Shown here piece after piece: positions 50,592-60,636 of a stretch of DNA of 64,000 nt. Origin of the DNA: an uncultured Gemmatimonadales bacterium (GTDB lineage Bacteria; Gemmatimonadota; Gemmatimonadetes; Gemmatimonadales; Gemmatimonadaceae); assembly GCA_963701965.1 (NCBI GenBank), contig OY969695.1, forward strand, positions 4,128,001 to 4,192,000, given 5' to 3'. The translations under genes and the position numbers were made by a program. Positions within the stretch are counted from its first letter, which is position 1. Every line of letters begins with the position of its first letter. The notes beneath the pieces are model-generated. The model did no database searches. It saw only the letters and a program-made list of their open reading frames with translations, and had not been told where the DNA came from.

Positions 50592-52081
50592 CCGGCCCCA
50601 TCCTCGCCGCGCGGAACATCGTGGTTCGGTACGGCGGCGTGGCGGCGCTGGCCGGGGTCGACTGCGACCTGGCGGCAGGCGAAGTGCATGCGCTGCTCGG
50701 CGAGAACGGCGCGGGGAAATCGACGCTCATGAAGGTCCTCGCCGGCGCCGTGCGCCCGGCCGCAGGCGCGCTGACCATCGATGGCGCCGCCGTCACGTTC
50801 CACTCCCCGCGCGATGCGCACGCGGCGGGCGTCCGCATGGTCCATCAGGAGCTCCGCCTGGTGCCGGCTTTGTCCGCGGCGGCGAATATCGTGCTGGGCC
50901 GCGAACCGCGGGCCCTGGGCTTTCGTATCGACCGGCGCGCCGCCCGCGCCACCGCCGCCGAGGCGCTGGCGCGACTCGGACCCGCGGGCGCCGCGATCAA
51001 TGTCGACACACCGGTCGCCGCGCTCTCCCTGGCGCAACGCCAGCTCGTGGAGATCGCCAAGGCGCTCGGCGCGGCGCGGATCCTGATCCTCGATGAGCCC
51101 ACCGCCGTGCTCTCGCCGCGCGAATGCAATGCGCTCTTCGAGACCATCGCGCGCCTGACGGCCGCGGGAGTCAGCGTGCTCTATACCACGCACCGCCTCG
51201 AGGAAGTCGAGCGCTTGGCCCACCGCGTCACGATTCTACGCGACGGCGCGCGCGTGGCGCACGGCCCGGCCGGCGGGTTCACGCGCCAGGCCATCATCGC
51301 CGACATGGTGGGACGGGAAACCACCCTGGCGCCCGCGCGGCGCCCCGCGCCCGCCAATGCGCCGCCGGTCCTGGTCGTCGAGCATCTCGCGGCGCCCGGC
51401 GTCGATGACGCCAGCCTCGTCGTGCGGGTCGGCGAGATCGTCGGTCTCGTCGGCCTCGTGGGCGCAGGGCGTACCGAACTGGCGCGGGCGATCGTGGGCG
51501 CGGCGCCAATCAGACGCGGCACGGTCACTCTCAGGGGAGCCCAGTATCGTCCGCGATCACCTCGCGACGCCGTCGAGAGGGGCATCGGCTACATCCCCGA
51601 AGATCGCGCTGGCGAGGCGCTCATCCCGACCGGATCGCTGCGCGCCAACCTCACGCTCCCCTCGCTCGGCGCATTGTCCCGGCTCGGCGTCACCGACGGG
51701 CGCGCCGAGCGACGGCTGACCCGCGAGTGGGTCGACCGATTGGCCATGCGCACCGCGTCGGTGGACGCGCCCGTGATGAGTCTGTCCGGCGGGACGCAGC
51801 AGAAAGTCGTGCTGGCCCGCTGGCTCGCCCGCCGTCCCCACGTGCTGATCGCCGACGAGCCGACCCGGGGCGTCGACGTCGGCGCCCGCGCCGAGATCTA
51901 CCGGGCACTGCGCGCCGCCGCGGGCGAAGGGGCCGGTGTCCTCGTGGTGACATCCGACCTCGAGGAAGCCCTGGCCCTCTGTGATCGCCTCGTCGTCATG
52001 CGCGAGGGCCGGGTCGTTGGAGCATTGTCCGGCGCCGACTGCACCGCGGCACGCGTCGGCACGCTCATGATGCCGGCGTAG
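50588..52081 (+). CDS. Sugar ABC transporter ATP-binding protein (RbsA-like, two ABC domains)
   Basis: GENGAGKST, LDEPT, GLVGAGRTEL, LSGGTQQKV, DEPTRGVDVGA. Confidence 0.93.
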   Translation: MTGPILAARNIVVRYGGVAALAGVDCDLAAGEVHALLGENGAGKSTLMKVLAGAVRPAAGALTIDGAAVTFHSPRDAHAAGVRMVHQELRLVPALSAAANIVLGREPRALGFRIDRRAARATAAEALARLGPAGAAINVDTPVAALSLAQRQLVEIAKALGAARILILDEPTAVLSPRECNALFETIARLTAAGVSVLYTTHRLEEVERLAHRVTILRDGARVAHGPAGGFTRQAIIADMVGRETTLAPARRPAPANAPPVLVVEHLAAPGVDDASLVVRVGEIVGLVGLVGAGRTELARAIVGAAPIRRGTVTLRGAQYRPRSPRDAVERGIGYIPEDRAGEALIPTGSLRANLTLPSLGALSRLGVTDGRAERRLTREWVDRLAMRTASVDAPVMSLSGGTQQKVVLARWLARRPHVLIADEPTRGVDVGARAEIYRALRAAAGEGAGVLVVTSDLEEALALCDRLVVMREGRVVGALSGADCTAARVGTLMMPA

Positions 52082-52092
52082 GGCGCCTCGCC

Positions 52093-52974
52093 ATGCTCGC
52101 GACTTTTTTCTCCCTCGCCAATCTCATCAACGTCGCGTTGTCGGTGGCGATCGTCGGCATCATGTCGGTCGGGATGACGGCGGTGATCCTGACGGGTGGG
52201 ATCGATCTGTCGGTGGGTTCGGTCCTGGCGCTGTCCGGCGTGACGGCGGCCCTCACAGCGCACGGCCTCGCGCCCGTGCTGGGCGGAACGGGCGCCGCGT
52301 GCGCGGGCGTCGCCGCCGCCCTCGCGGTCGGCGCCTCCGCCGGACTGGTCAGCGCCGGCACGGTCGCGTACCTCAAGGTCCCGTCGTTCCTCGTGACGCT
52401 CGCGCTCTTGACCATCTGCCGCGGACTGGCATTCATCGTGTCCGGTGGCCGCTCCGTGGGTGACCTGCCCTCTGCATTCGACTGGCTCGGCCAGGGCACA
52501 GTGTTGGGGCTCCCGACGCCCGTGCTGCTGATGTTGGTGATCGTCGCCGGCGGTTGGTTCGTGCTCGCTCGAACGGTATGGGGCCGGTGGGTCTACGCGG
52601 CCGGCGGCAACGAGGAAGCCGCCTGGCTCGCCGGCGTTCGCACGCGCCGGGTGATCGCCTGGGTGTATATCGCCAACGGCATCCTGGCCGGTTTCGCGGG
52701 CGCGGTGCTCGCCGGCCGCTTGGGCGCCGGCGTGCCCAACGCGGGACTCCAATACGAGCTCAATGTGATCGCCGCCGTCGTCATTGGCGGCACGGCCCTC
52801 ACCGGGGGGCGGGGCAGTGTGCTGGGGACGTTGATTGGCGCCGTCTGCATCGGCGCCCTCACCAACGCGCTCAATCTCGCCAATGTCGACCCGGAGCTCC
52901 AACGGATCGTGGTTGGCCTCGTGATTCTCGGCGCCGTGGTCGCCGACCGGGTCCGCCAGCTGTTCAATGAGTAG
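52093..52974 (+). CDS. Sugar ABC transporter permease (RbsC-like)
   Basis: ILTGGIDLSVGS, GGNEEAA, YELNVIAAVVIGGT; appears to lack the usual first TM helix. Confidence 0.9.
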   Translation: MLATFFSLANLINVALSVAIVGIMSVGMTAVILTGGIDLSVGSVLALSGVTAALTAHGLAPVLGGTGAACAGVAAALAVGASAGLVSAGTVAYLKVPSFLVTLALLTICRGLAFIVSGGRSVGDLPSAFDWLGQGTVLGLPTPVLLMLVIVAGGWFVLARTVWGRWVYAAGGNEEAAWLAGVRTRRVIAWVYIANGILAGFAGAVLAGRLGAGVPNAGLQYELNVIAAVVIGGTALTGGRGSVLGTLIGAVCIGALTNALNLANVDPELQRIVVGLVILGAVVADRVRQLFNE

Positions 52975-54733
52975 ATTCTTCCGCATGCTCCGACGAGCGA
53001 CCTTCGGCGTGGCGCTCTGTGGTTGGGCGGCGGCGGCGCCGGCCCAGGACGATGGCCAGTGGACGATCCCCGCGAAGGACTACGCGGCGACGCGGTTCAG
53101 CGGCCTGGCCACGATCACCCCGGCGAACGTGGGTCGTCTGCGCCCCGTGTGGACGTTCTCCACGGGCGTGCTCGGCGGACACGAGGGTCAGCCGCTGGTC
53201 GTCGGCTCCACGATGTACGTCGTCACGCCGTACCCAAACGTGCTGTATGCGTTCGACCTGACCAAGGACGGCTATCCGCTCAAGTGGAAGTACCGGCCGC
53301 CCGTGGACCAGAACGCCATCGGCATCGCCTGTTGCGATGCGGTGAATCGCGGCGCGGCGTACGCCAATGGCGCCATCGTCTACAACCTCCTCGACGGCCA
53401 CACAGTCGCCGTCGACGCGGCCTCCGGCAAAGAGCGGTGGCGGACGCAGATCGCCGATCTCTCGCAGGGCGAGACGACGCCAATGGCGCCGCTCATCATC
53501 AAGAACCGCGTCATCGTGGGCGCGTCGGGCGGCGAGTTCGGCATCCTGGGGTCGGTGAAGGCACTGGATCTGGCCACGGGCGCCATCGTGTGGACCGGAT
53601 CGAACCTGGGGCCGGACAGCGCCATGTTGGCGCGGCCGGGGAAGTTCACGTCGTTCTACGACAAGGGAGCCCAACTCGGTCTCACGAGCTGGCCCACCAA
53701 TGCGTGGAGGCATGGCGGTGCCCCGGTCTGGGGCTGGCTGTCGTACGACCCGGTCCTCGATCTGCTCTACTACGGCAGCGGAAACCCCGGGCCGTACAAT
53801 CCCGAGCAACGGCCGGGCGACAACAAGTGGACGGCGAGCGTTTTGGCGCGACACCCGCAGGACGGGGCGTTGGTCTGGGCCTATCAGTTCACACCCCACG
53901 ACGCGTGGGACTATGACGCCGCCGCCGAGATGGTGCTGGTCGACATCCCGATCGCGGGCCGCATGCGCCACGCGCTCGTGCACTTCGACAAGAACGGCTT
54001 TGCCTATACGCTGGATCGGGCGACCGGCGAGATCCTCGTGGCCGAACCCTACGTCGACGTCAATTGGGCCAAGCGCATCGATCGCGCGACCGGCCGACCG
54101 GTGGTCGACAGCAGCAAGGTCACGGGCGCCTCCAAGGGCAACGTCAAGGACATCTGCCCGACGCTCGAGGGAGGGAAGAGTCCGGCGTCGCCGGTGGCCT
54201 ACTCGCCGCGCACGAAGCTGTTCTATGCATCGACCAACAACATGTGCATGGACTACGCGGCGGCGCCGACGACGCACATTGCCGGCACGCCATTCATGGG
54301 TGTGAACAGCCCGTACCACGCGGGACGCGGTGGGCACCTCGGTGCCTTCATCGCCTGGGACGCCGCCCGCGGACGGCGCGTGTGGGAGATCGACGAGCGA
54401 TATCCCGTGTGGAGTGGGAGCCTGGCGACCGCCGGCAACGTCGTGTTCTACGGCACCCTCGACGGGTGGTTCAAGGCGGTCGATGCCACGACGGGGCGCC
54501 CACTCTGGAAGTTCAAGGTCGGATCGGGCATCGTCGGCAGTCCCATCACCTACACCGGTCCCGATGGCCGGCAGTATGTCGCGATCTATGCCGGGATCGG
54601 AGGTGACTGGTTGCTCCTCGCCGGAGACTATCGGTCGGACGATCCCGCGGACATCCGTGATCCGGCGGATTTCGTCAAAGACTTGGCGAGTCGCACGAGT
54701 CAGGGCGGCATGATCTGGATCTTTGCCCTATGA
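52967..54733 (+). CDS. PQQ-dependent dehydrogenase, methanol/ethanol family, with lanthanide-type DYD motif
   Basis: GHEGQPL, ACCDAVNRG vicinal disulfide, GGEFG, GNPGP, RPGDNKW, HDAWDYD, Trp-docking repeats. Confidence 0.92.
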   Translation: MSRFFRMLRRATFGVALCGWAAAAPAQDDGQWTIPAKDYAATRFSGLATITPANVGRLRPVWTFSTGVLGGHEGQPLVVGSTMYVVTPYPNVLYAFDLTKDGYPLKWKYRPPVDQNAIGIACCDAVNRGAAYANGAIVYNLLDGHTVAVDAASGKERWRTQIADLSQGETTPMAPLIIKNRVIVGASGGEFGILGSVKALDLATGAIVWTGSNLGPDSAMLARPGKFTSFYDKGAQLGLTSWPTNAWRHGGAPVWGWLSYDPVLDLLYYGSGNPGPYNPEQRPGDNKWTASVLARHPQDGALVWAYQFTPHDAWDYDAAAEMVLVDIPIAGRMRHALVHFDKNGFAYTLDRATGEILVAEPYVDVNWAKRIDRATGRPVVDSSKVTGASKGNVKDICPTLEGGKSPASPVAYSPRTKLFYASTNNMCMDYAAAPTTHIAGTPFMGVNSPYHAGRGGHLGAFIAWDAARGRRVWEIDERYPVWSGSLATAGNVVFYGTLDGWFKAVDATTGRPLWKFKVGSGIVGSPITYTGPDGRQYVAIYAGIGGDWLLLAGDYRSDDPADIRDPADFVKDLASRTSQGGMIWIFAL

Positions 54734-55173
54734 CGGCTCGCCTCCCGGTCTTGTTGACGATCGCCGCGATCAGTTGCCGCGGCAACGCTCCACCCGAGCA
54801 CGCTGGTGGACCTCCGGCGATTCGCTCCGAGGATCGGGTGTTCGTGGGCGGCGCGGCCCCTCCGGCAACGACCCTGATCAATCCAGTGGTCGCCGACGCC
54901 AGGACCGTCGCCGAGGGCCGCCAACTCTTCACGGGGATGAACTGCGACGGATGCCACGGCGCCGATGCCGTCGGGGCGGTGGGCCCGAGCCTGACGGCCC
55001 GGCGTTGGCGCTACGGCGGGACCGACGCCGAGATCTTCCAATCGATCTTCTATGGCCGTCCGCGCGGGATGCCGGCGTTCGGCGGGGCGTTGCCGCCCGA
55101 CGTGATCTGGACGCTCGTGACCTACATCAAGTCGCTGCCGCCGCCGGCGGATGCGCCGACGGAGGCGTGGTAG
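54730..55173 (+). CDS. c-type cytochrome (probable lipoprotein), electron acceptor of the PQQ enzyme
   Basis: CDGCH heme motif, VGPSL, GMPAFG axial Met; ATGA overlap. Confidence 0.9.
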   Translation: MTARLPVLLTIAAISCRGNAPPEHAGGPPAIRSEDRVFVGGAAPPATTLINPVVADARTVAEGRQLFTGMNCDGCHGADAVGAVGPSLTARRWRYGGTDAEIFQSIFYGRPRGMPAFGGALPPDVIWTLVTYIKSLPPPADAPTEAW

Positions 55174-56697
55174 CCGCGAGCGCCCCGAGCGCCGCGTCTT
55201 TTCGCGCCGCGGCCAGCGCGCGCACTTGGGCCGATTGCTCTTCCGTGAATTGCGGTGTCGGCACGCAATCAAACGCGCGCGCCGCGTGCGCCGTGCGCTC
55301 CACCGCGTCGCGCAGCGCGTCGCGTCCGGACAGCCGGAACGACACCGCCGATAGAGGTCCGAACAGGAGGGCGCGCGCCAGATCGGGCCAGCGCGTGACC
55401 TCGGGCTCGATGCCCGCTTCACGCGCGAACGCGACCGCCATCACGTGCATGGCCAGCGGGGCGCCGGATGGTGGGCCACCGGCGGCGGCGATGGCCGCTC
55501 GCATGTCGGCGTCCGGTGCCATCGGGCACGCGTCGCTCCACGCATAGGCGATCCATCGCGCCTGTTGTTCGACCATGGGGAAGAACGGGCCGACGGTGTG
55601 CATCAGCCCGACCAGCGCCAAGCCGGGGGCGTCCGGGTGAAAGGTGTTCCGGTAGGTGTTGGTCGCGACTTCGTTCGCTCCCAGGGTCTCCCGGAGGTCG
55701 GGACTCAAGAAGTCGAGATCAAGCGCATAGCCGGTGCCCAGCACGATCGCGTCGAACTCGGCCTCGCTCCCATCGGCGAATCGCACGATGGATCCTTCCA
55801 CCGCCGTGATCCACGGCTTGAGCTCGAATGCGCGTTTCGGCGACTAACGGAAGAAACGTCTGCGACAGCGCGATCCCGGCGTCCAGCACACTCTCCGCGG
55901 GCCGCGGCGCGCCGTACTGCTCCGGATTTCCGAAGCGCCGGATGATGAATTCCTTGAGTGACTGCGCGCTCGCGCCCGGCGGAAACGACTCATTGGCCAG
56001 CGCGGCGAACCGCGTGAACGCCAGAATGGTCCACGGGCATACCCGCGGTCATCTTCTGCACGATGTAGCGTTGGCGGCGGTTCGTCGATACCACGCGGGC
56101 GGCGCCGAGCATCGCCAGGTCGCTCGCCACCTCCAGCGCACTGATCGCGCAGCCGGCCACCAACACGCGCTGGCCGCGGTAGCGCTCCGGTTCCTTGTAG
56201 GCGAACGTGTGGGCGACGCTACCCTTGCCGGGGAAGGTGGCCAGTCCCGGCACCGCCGGGATCGACGGCTTGTGATAGCGGCCCGTGGCCACGACGACGC
56301 GCTCGAACCACTCGTCGCGGACGACGCCATCGGGGCCGCGGGAACGCACGGCGTAGCCACCGGACCCGCGGGCGATCGTCTCCACGCGCGTTCCCAAACG
56401 GGCCGACGACAGGATGTCGAACTGCTCCGCGTAGCGTTGCAGGTAATCCCGCACCGTCTGATTGGTCGGGTAGATCCCCACGCGGGGATCGTGGGCCAGA
56501 TCGCTGAACGCCGTCATCACGCGGCTCGTGTTGGCCCGCATCCCGGGCCACACGCCGCTGGTGATTGGATCGGCCGACCATTGTCCGCCGATCCGTTTCG
56601 CCTGTTCGAACAGCACCGGATCGAAGCCTTGAGACTTGAGGTACCGGGCGGCCACCAGGCCGCCCGGTCCCCCGCCGACGATCGCGACGTCAGCCAT
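55127..56697 (-). pseudogene. Flavin-containing monooxygenase with two +1 frameshifts (near 56025 and 55827)
   Basis: GGGPGG, VVATG, F.G...AHTFAY, GCAISA; removing one base at each site gives a continuous protein into ...LGTGY...; may be sequencing errors. Confidence 0.85.
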
Positions 56698-56711
56698 CCT
56701 GAATCATAGCC

Positions 56712-57268
56712 CTACTGGATCTGGCGCGTAAACCGGATGAACCACACCTCGTTGTGGTCGATGGCGCCGTTGCGGGCCGGCCGAGTCTTCTGCGCGATGC
56801 CGTTGTTCGGACCGTCGGTGATGCCGAAGTCGTCGTCATTGGAAACCGCGATCGTGTTGCGGTCGACGACCGTCACGCCCTCGAGCTTGTCGTGCGGGTA
56901 GCCGAGCGGCAGCAGGTCGACGAACAGTTGCTTGGCGACCGATCGGCGAGGAAGTTGTCGTCGCGCTCGATGACCAGGAACCGGCCGTCGTGGCCGTTCG
57001 TGACCTGCTCGATCTCGTTCACACCGTACTTCGGCTGCCGGCGCCGTCGAAGTTCGGCCCACGGTCGGCGAGCAAGTAGTATTCATCGTTCCGGAATGGC
57101 GACTTGTCGAGCGCGGATCCAAAGCCGCCGTTGAAGACCGAGACGCCATTCACGGTGGCGATGACCGTGTTGGGCAGGGCCGGGAAGATGTCGACGTGCG
57201 CCACCGTCGGCGTTTGCAGTCCTTGCACAGGCAAACAGCTGGAGCATGACGCGACGAGATGCAAACAT
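56712..57268 (-). pseudogene. Remnant of an esterase-like/phytase-family gene with internal deletions
   Basis: GAGGAG RBS and ATG at 57268; motifs GGFGS/DRGPN, then NEI..FLVIERD, then YPHDKLEG/NDDDFG in different frames with long intervening parts missing. Confidence 0.75.
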
Positions 57269-57434
57269 GCGAGCAACTCCTCGACAAAATGGGAATCGGA
57301 CGGGGCGGTAACGCGACCGCCGGCGCGCAGCCAAGAAAGCCGGCGGGATGCCGGTTGCGGTTTCATTCCTGCAACGGCCCCGTCACGGTGGACGTAGTAA
57401 CGGAAGGGCCCGCTCGAGCGTGTCTCCAGGAGTG

Positions 57435-57851
57435 ATGCGACCACCGATGTACAGCGGCAGCGGCGGGTTGCTCATCGTCGACGACGAACCCGTCGTCCTC
57501 ACGTCCCTCTCGGCGCTTTTCCGCCGGCGGGGCTACGACGTGCTGGCGGCCTCCAGCGGCGCGGCGGCGATGACCATCCTGCGGCGCCAACCCGTCGACG
57601 GCATGTTGATCGACTTCCGGTTGCCCGACATGCGCGGCAATGTGCTGTTCGCCGCGGCAGTGGCCATTCAGGGGCATCTCCGCGCGCGGACGATCTTCAT
57701 CACGGGCGACGTGACGGTGGCCGTGACCGAGGCGCTGGCGGACATTCACTGCCCAATCGTGCTCAAGCCTTTTGACCTGCCCGAGCTCGAACGAATGGTG
57801 TCCACAACGATCGGAGCTGCCGCCATGCGCCCGGCGCGGGACGGCCCCTAG
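57435..57851 (+). CDS. Single-domain response regulator
   Basis: LIVDDE, LIDFRLP, FITGD, LKPF. Confidence 0.88.
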   Translation: MRPPMYSGSGGLLIVDDEPVVLTSLSALFRRRGYDVLAASSGAAAMTILRRQPVDGMLIDFRLPDMRGNVLFAAAVAIQGHLRARTIFITGDVTVAVTEALADIHCPIVLKPFDLPELERMVSTTIGAAAMRPARDGP

Positions 57852-57904
57852 CGTTCGGACTCCCAAGGCTGGCGGAGACGGGGGCAAGACGATAGCGTGT
57901 AACC

Positions 57905-58780
57905 ATGTCCGAAACCGGGTCCGCGGTGTCGCTCACCGACCGCGCGCCGCGCGACGACGAGATCGACTTTTTCGGCCTGACGCACGCCGGGAAGACGCGC
58001 ACGATCAATCAGGACCACTTCCTGGTGTGTTCGATCCGGAAGGCCGTTCAGGTCCATCTCACCAGCCTGCCCACGCTCGATCGCCTCGTCCTCGAGCCCG
58101 AGCGGGTCGCGATGGTCGCCATGGTCGCTGACGGCGTGGGCGGCGGTCCCATGGGCGAGGAAGCCAGCCGCTTCGCCGTGGAAGCCGTCGCTCAGTACGT
58201 CGCGCGATCCATCCGGTGCTGCGCGACCATCCCTGACGGGATGAGCGACGAGTTCGCGCACACGCTCGAGGACGCGGCGCGCGAATGCCACGACACGATC
58301 GTCCGCCAAGCGGAGGACAATCCGGCGTTCGCGGGCATGGCGACGACGCTGACGATGTGGATCGGCATGTGGCCGCGGTCGTACCTGCTACACGTCGGCG
58401 ACAGCCGCTGCTATGTCCTGCGCGACGGCGATCTGATCCAGCTCTCGCGCGACCAGACGATGGCCCAGGAGTTGATCGACATCGGCGTGCTCACGCGTAC
58501 CGAGGCCTATCGCACGCGCTGGGTCAATATGCTGTCCAGCTCGATCGGCGGACCGCAGACGACTCCCGTGGTCAGCTCGCTCTCGCAGGTCTGGGGCACG
58601 GTGGGACTGCTGTGCAGTGACGGCCTCACGAAGCATGTGACCGACGCCCGCATTCGCGAGCGCCTGTCGACCATGACGTCCACACGTCAGGTGTGCGAAG
58701 ATCTGGTGCAAGACGCGTTGGATGGCGGCGGCAGCGACAACATCACGGTAGTCGTCGGGCGCACAGTGCGGCGAGACTGA
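57905..58780 (+). CDS. PP2C-family Ser/Thr protein phosphatase
   Basis: NQD, VADGVGG, GMATT, HVGDSR, LCSDGL, GGSDNIT. Confidence 0.94.
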   Translation: MSETGSAVSLTDRAPRDDEIDFFGLTHAGKTRTINQDHFLVCSIRKAVQVHLTSLPTLDRLVLEPERVAMVAMVADGVGGGPMGEEASRFAVEAVAQYVARSIRCCATIPDGMSDEFAHTLEDAARECHDTIVRQAEDNPAFAGMATTLTMWIGMWPRSYLLHVGDSRCYVLRDGDLIQLSRDQTMAQELIDIGVLTRTEAYRTRWVNMLSSSIGGPQTTPVVSSLSQVWGTVGLLCSDGLTKHVTDARIRERLSTMTSTRQVCEDLVQDALDGGGSDNITVVVGRTVRRD

Positions 58781-58803
58781 GCCACCGCCGCCATCACACT
58801 ACG

Positions 58804-59574
58804 CTAGTGGGGGCCGGGACCGCCCCCGTGACCGCGACCGTGGCGATGGTCGTCCTCGAACGCCTGGAACGACCGCGTGATGTTATCGGTGACGACCTGC
58901 TGATTCGGTCCGCCGGGGTCGGCGGTCGATGGGTTGATCAGGGCGCCCGACCGATTGACGAACCACGTGCTCAAGTCGACGTGCACGGTGATGTTGGTCG
59001 TACTGTCGGCCACCGCCAGCGGCGGGTTGAACGACAGCTCGATCTTGGCGTGCGGCGTGCCAGTGTAGGTGAACGGCTGCCCATCGAATGTTCCCATCAC
59101 TTGCACGCTGGCTCCCGCGATGTCCGGCGGCGCGGCGAGCAAGCTCGACGATGCCAGGCGCGCTTCGAGCGCGCGGTAGTTGCCGGGCGGAATGTGCAAC
59201 GTCAGCGAGGTCACCACCGTCGTGTCGGTCGGCAACTGCACGACCATCGGCGACACTTCGAGCTTGTCGCAATCGTCGTGATCCATCGCCTGATTGTTAT
59301 CGTCGCCGGAATCCACGTCGGCGCACGCCATCATGCCGGCCTGCGCCAGCTCGATGTGGGACAGCACGATCTCCGCACTGGTGATGGTCAGACGGTCGGC
59401 GCCCGAGGCGATCACACTGGCGGAGCCGACGCCCGCGGGGCGCGTGGCAAACGCCAGGCTGACGGTATTGCCTGATGACGCGGGGGCGCTCGCGTCCTTC
59501 CCACATCCCACCAACGCGATGGCGGCCAACGCCATCGCGTGGAGCCCGTAGTGTCCCGGATTACGTATTGTCAT
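58804..59574 (-). CDS. Hypothetical lipoprotein, beta-sandwich
   Basis: Lipobox LVGC; IPPGNY, VHVDLSTWF; His/Gly-rich C-terminus. Confidence 0.7.
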   Translation of the reverse strand: MTIRNPGHYGLHAMALAAIALVGCGKDASAPASSGNTVSLAFATRPAGVGSASVIASGADRLTITSAEIVLSHIELAQAGMMACADVDSGDDNNQAMDHDDCDKLEVSPMVVQLPTDTTVVTSLTLHIPPGNYRALEARLASSSLLAAPPDIAGASVQVMGTFDGQPFTYTGTPHAKIELSFNPPLAVADSTTNITVHVDLSTWFVNRSGALINPSTADPGGPNQQVVTDNITRSFQAFEDDHRHGRGHGGGPGPH

Positions 59575-59707
59575 GCCTGTGAATATGGAACGTCTTCGCG
59601 CCGTGGCGACCGATGCGGGGTCAATGACCAATGCCCGGTGGTGAGTCCACGGTCTGGCGAGTTCGTCATCGAATCGGACACATTTGGCTGTGATGTGGAT
59701 CACATTG

Positions 59708-60631
59708 ATGCGTGTCATTGATTCTCACACCGAAGGCGAGCCCACGCGCGTCGTTATGGAAGGCTGGCCGCAGCCAACCGGCGCGACAATGGCGGAACGC
59801 CGTGAGACGGTGCGGCGCCAGTACGATCATTTGCGCCGCGGCGTGCTGTGCGAGCCGCGCGGTCATGATGCGCTCGTCGGCGCGCTGCTGACGCCGCCCG
59901 TCACGCCGGGTTCGGCCGCTGGTGTCATTTTCTTCAACAACGTCGGCTATCTGGGCATGTGCGGGCACGGCACGATCGGCGTCGTGCGGACGCTCGCCCA
60001 TCTCGGACGCATTCAACCGGGGCCAGTCCGACTCGACACGCCGGTCGGGACAGTGAGCGCCCAGTTGGGGGACGATGGCGCCGTGACGGTGCGGAACGTC
60101 GCGGCGCGCTGTCACGCGCGCGACGTCGCGGTCACCGTTCCCGGTATCGGGCGCGTGGTTGGCGACATCGCGTATGGCGGCAACTGGTTCTTCATCACGC
60201 ATCTGGATGAGCCGCCGCTCGTCCTGTCGCGCCAGGCCGAGCTGAGCCGCGCCACGATGGCCATCATGGACGCGCTGCGCGTGCAGGGGATCCGGGGCGA
60301 TGGCGGAGCGGACATCGATCACGTGGAGTTGTCGGGACCGCCGGCGCGCGCCGATGCGGATAGCCGGAACTTCGTGATGTGCCCAGGAGGCGCCTACGAC
60401 CGCTCGCCGTGCGGCACGGGCACGTCGGCAAAGCTGGCCGTCATGCACGCGCGACACCAGCTGGCGGTCGGACAGCGCTATCGGCAAGAGAGCATCACTG
60501 GCAGTCTCTTCATTGGATGGCTCGACGAGCAGGCGGGGGAGTTGGTGCCGAACATTTGTGGACGGGCATTCATCACCGGCGAAACGCTCTTGCATTTCGA
60601 TCCGTCGGATCCCTTCAGCGCGGGATTCTGA
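59708..60631 (+). CDS. 4-hydroxyproline epimerase (proline racemase family)
   Basis: IDSHTEGEP, EPRG, FFNNVGYLGMCGHG, DRSPCGTGTSA with both catalytic Cys. Confidence 0.92.
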   Translation: MRVIDSHTEGEPTRVVMEGWPQPTGATMAERRETVRRQYDHLRRGVLCEPRGHDALVGALLTPPVTPGSAAGVIFFNNVGYLGMCGHGTIGVVRTLAHLGRIQPGPVRLDTPVGTVSAQLGDDGAVTVRNVAARCHARDVAVTVPGIGRVVGDIAYGGNWFFITHLDEPPLVLSRQAELSRATMAIMDALRVQGIRGDGGADIDHVELSGPPARADADSRNFVMCPGGAYDRSPCGTGTSAKLAVMHARHQLAVGQRYRQESITGSLFIGWLDEQAGELVPNICGRAFITGETLLHFDPSDPFSAGF

Positions 60632-60636
60632 GGCCG

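Noticed and set aside
52967..54733. Naming the PQQ enzyme xoxF or mxaF
   Set aside because: Family motifs are clear, but the clade cannot be assigned without a phylogeny and the usual partner gene xoxJ/mxaJ is absent
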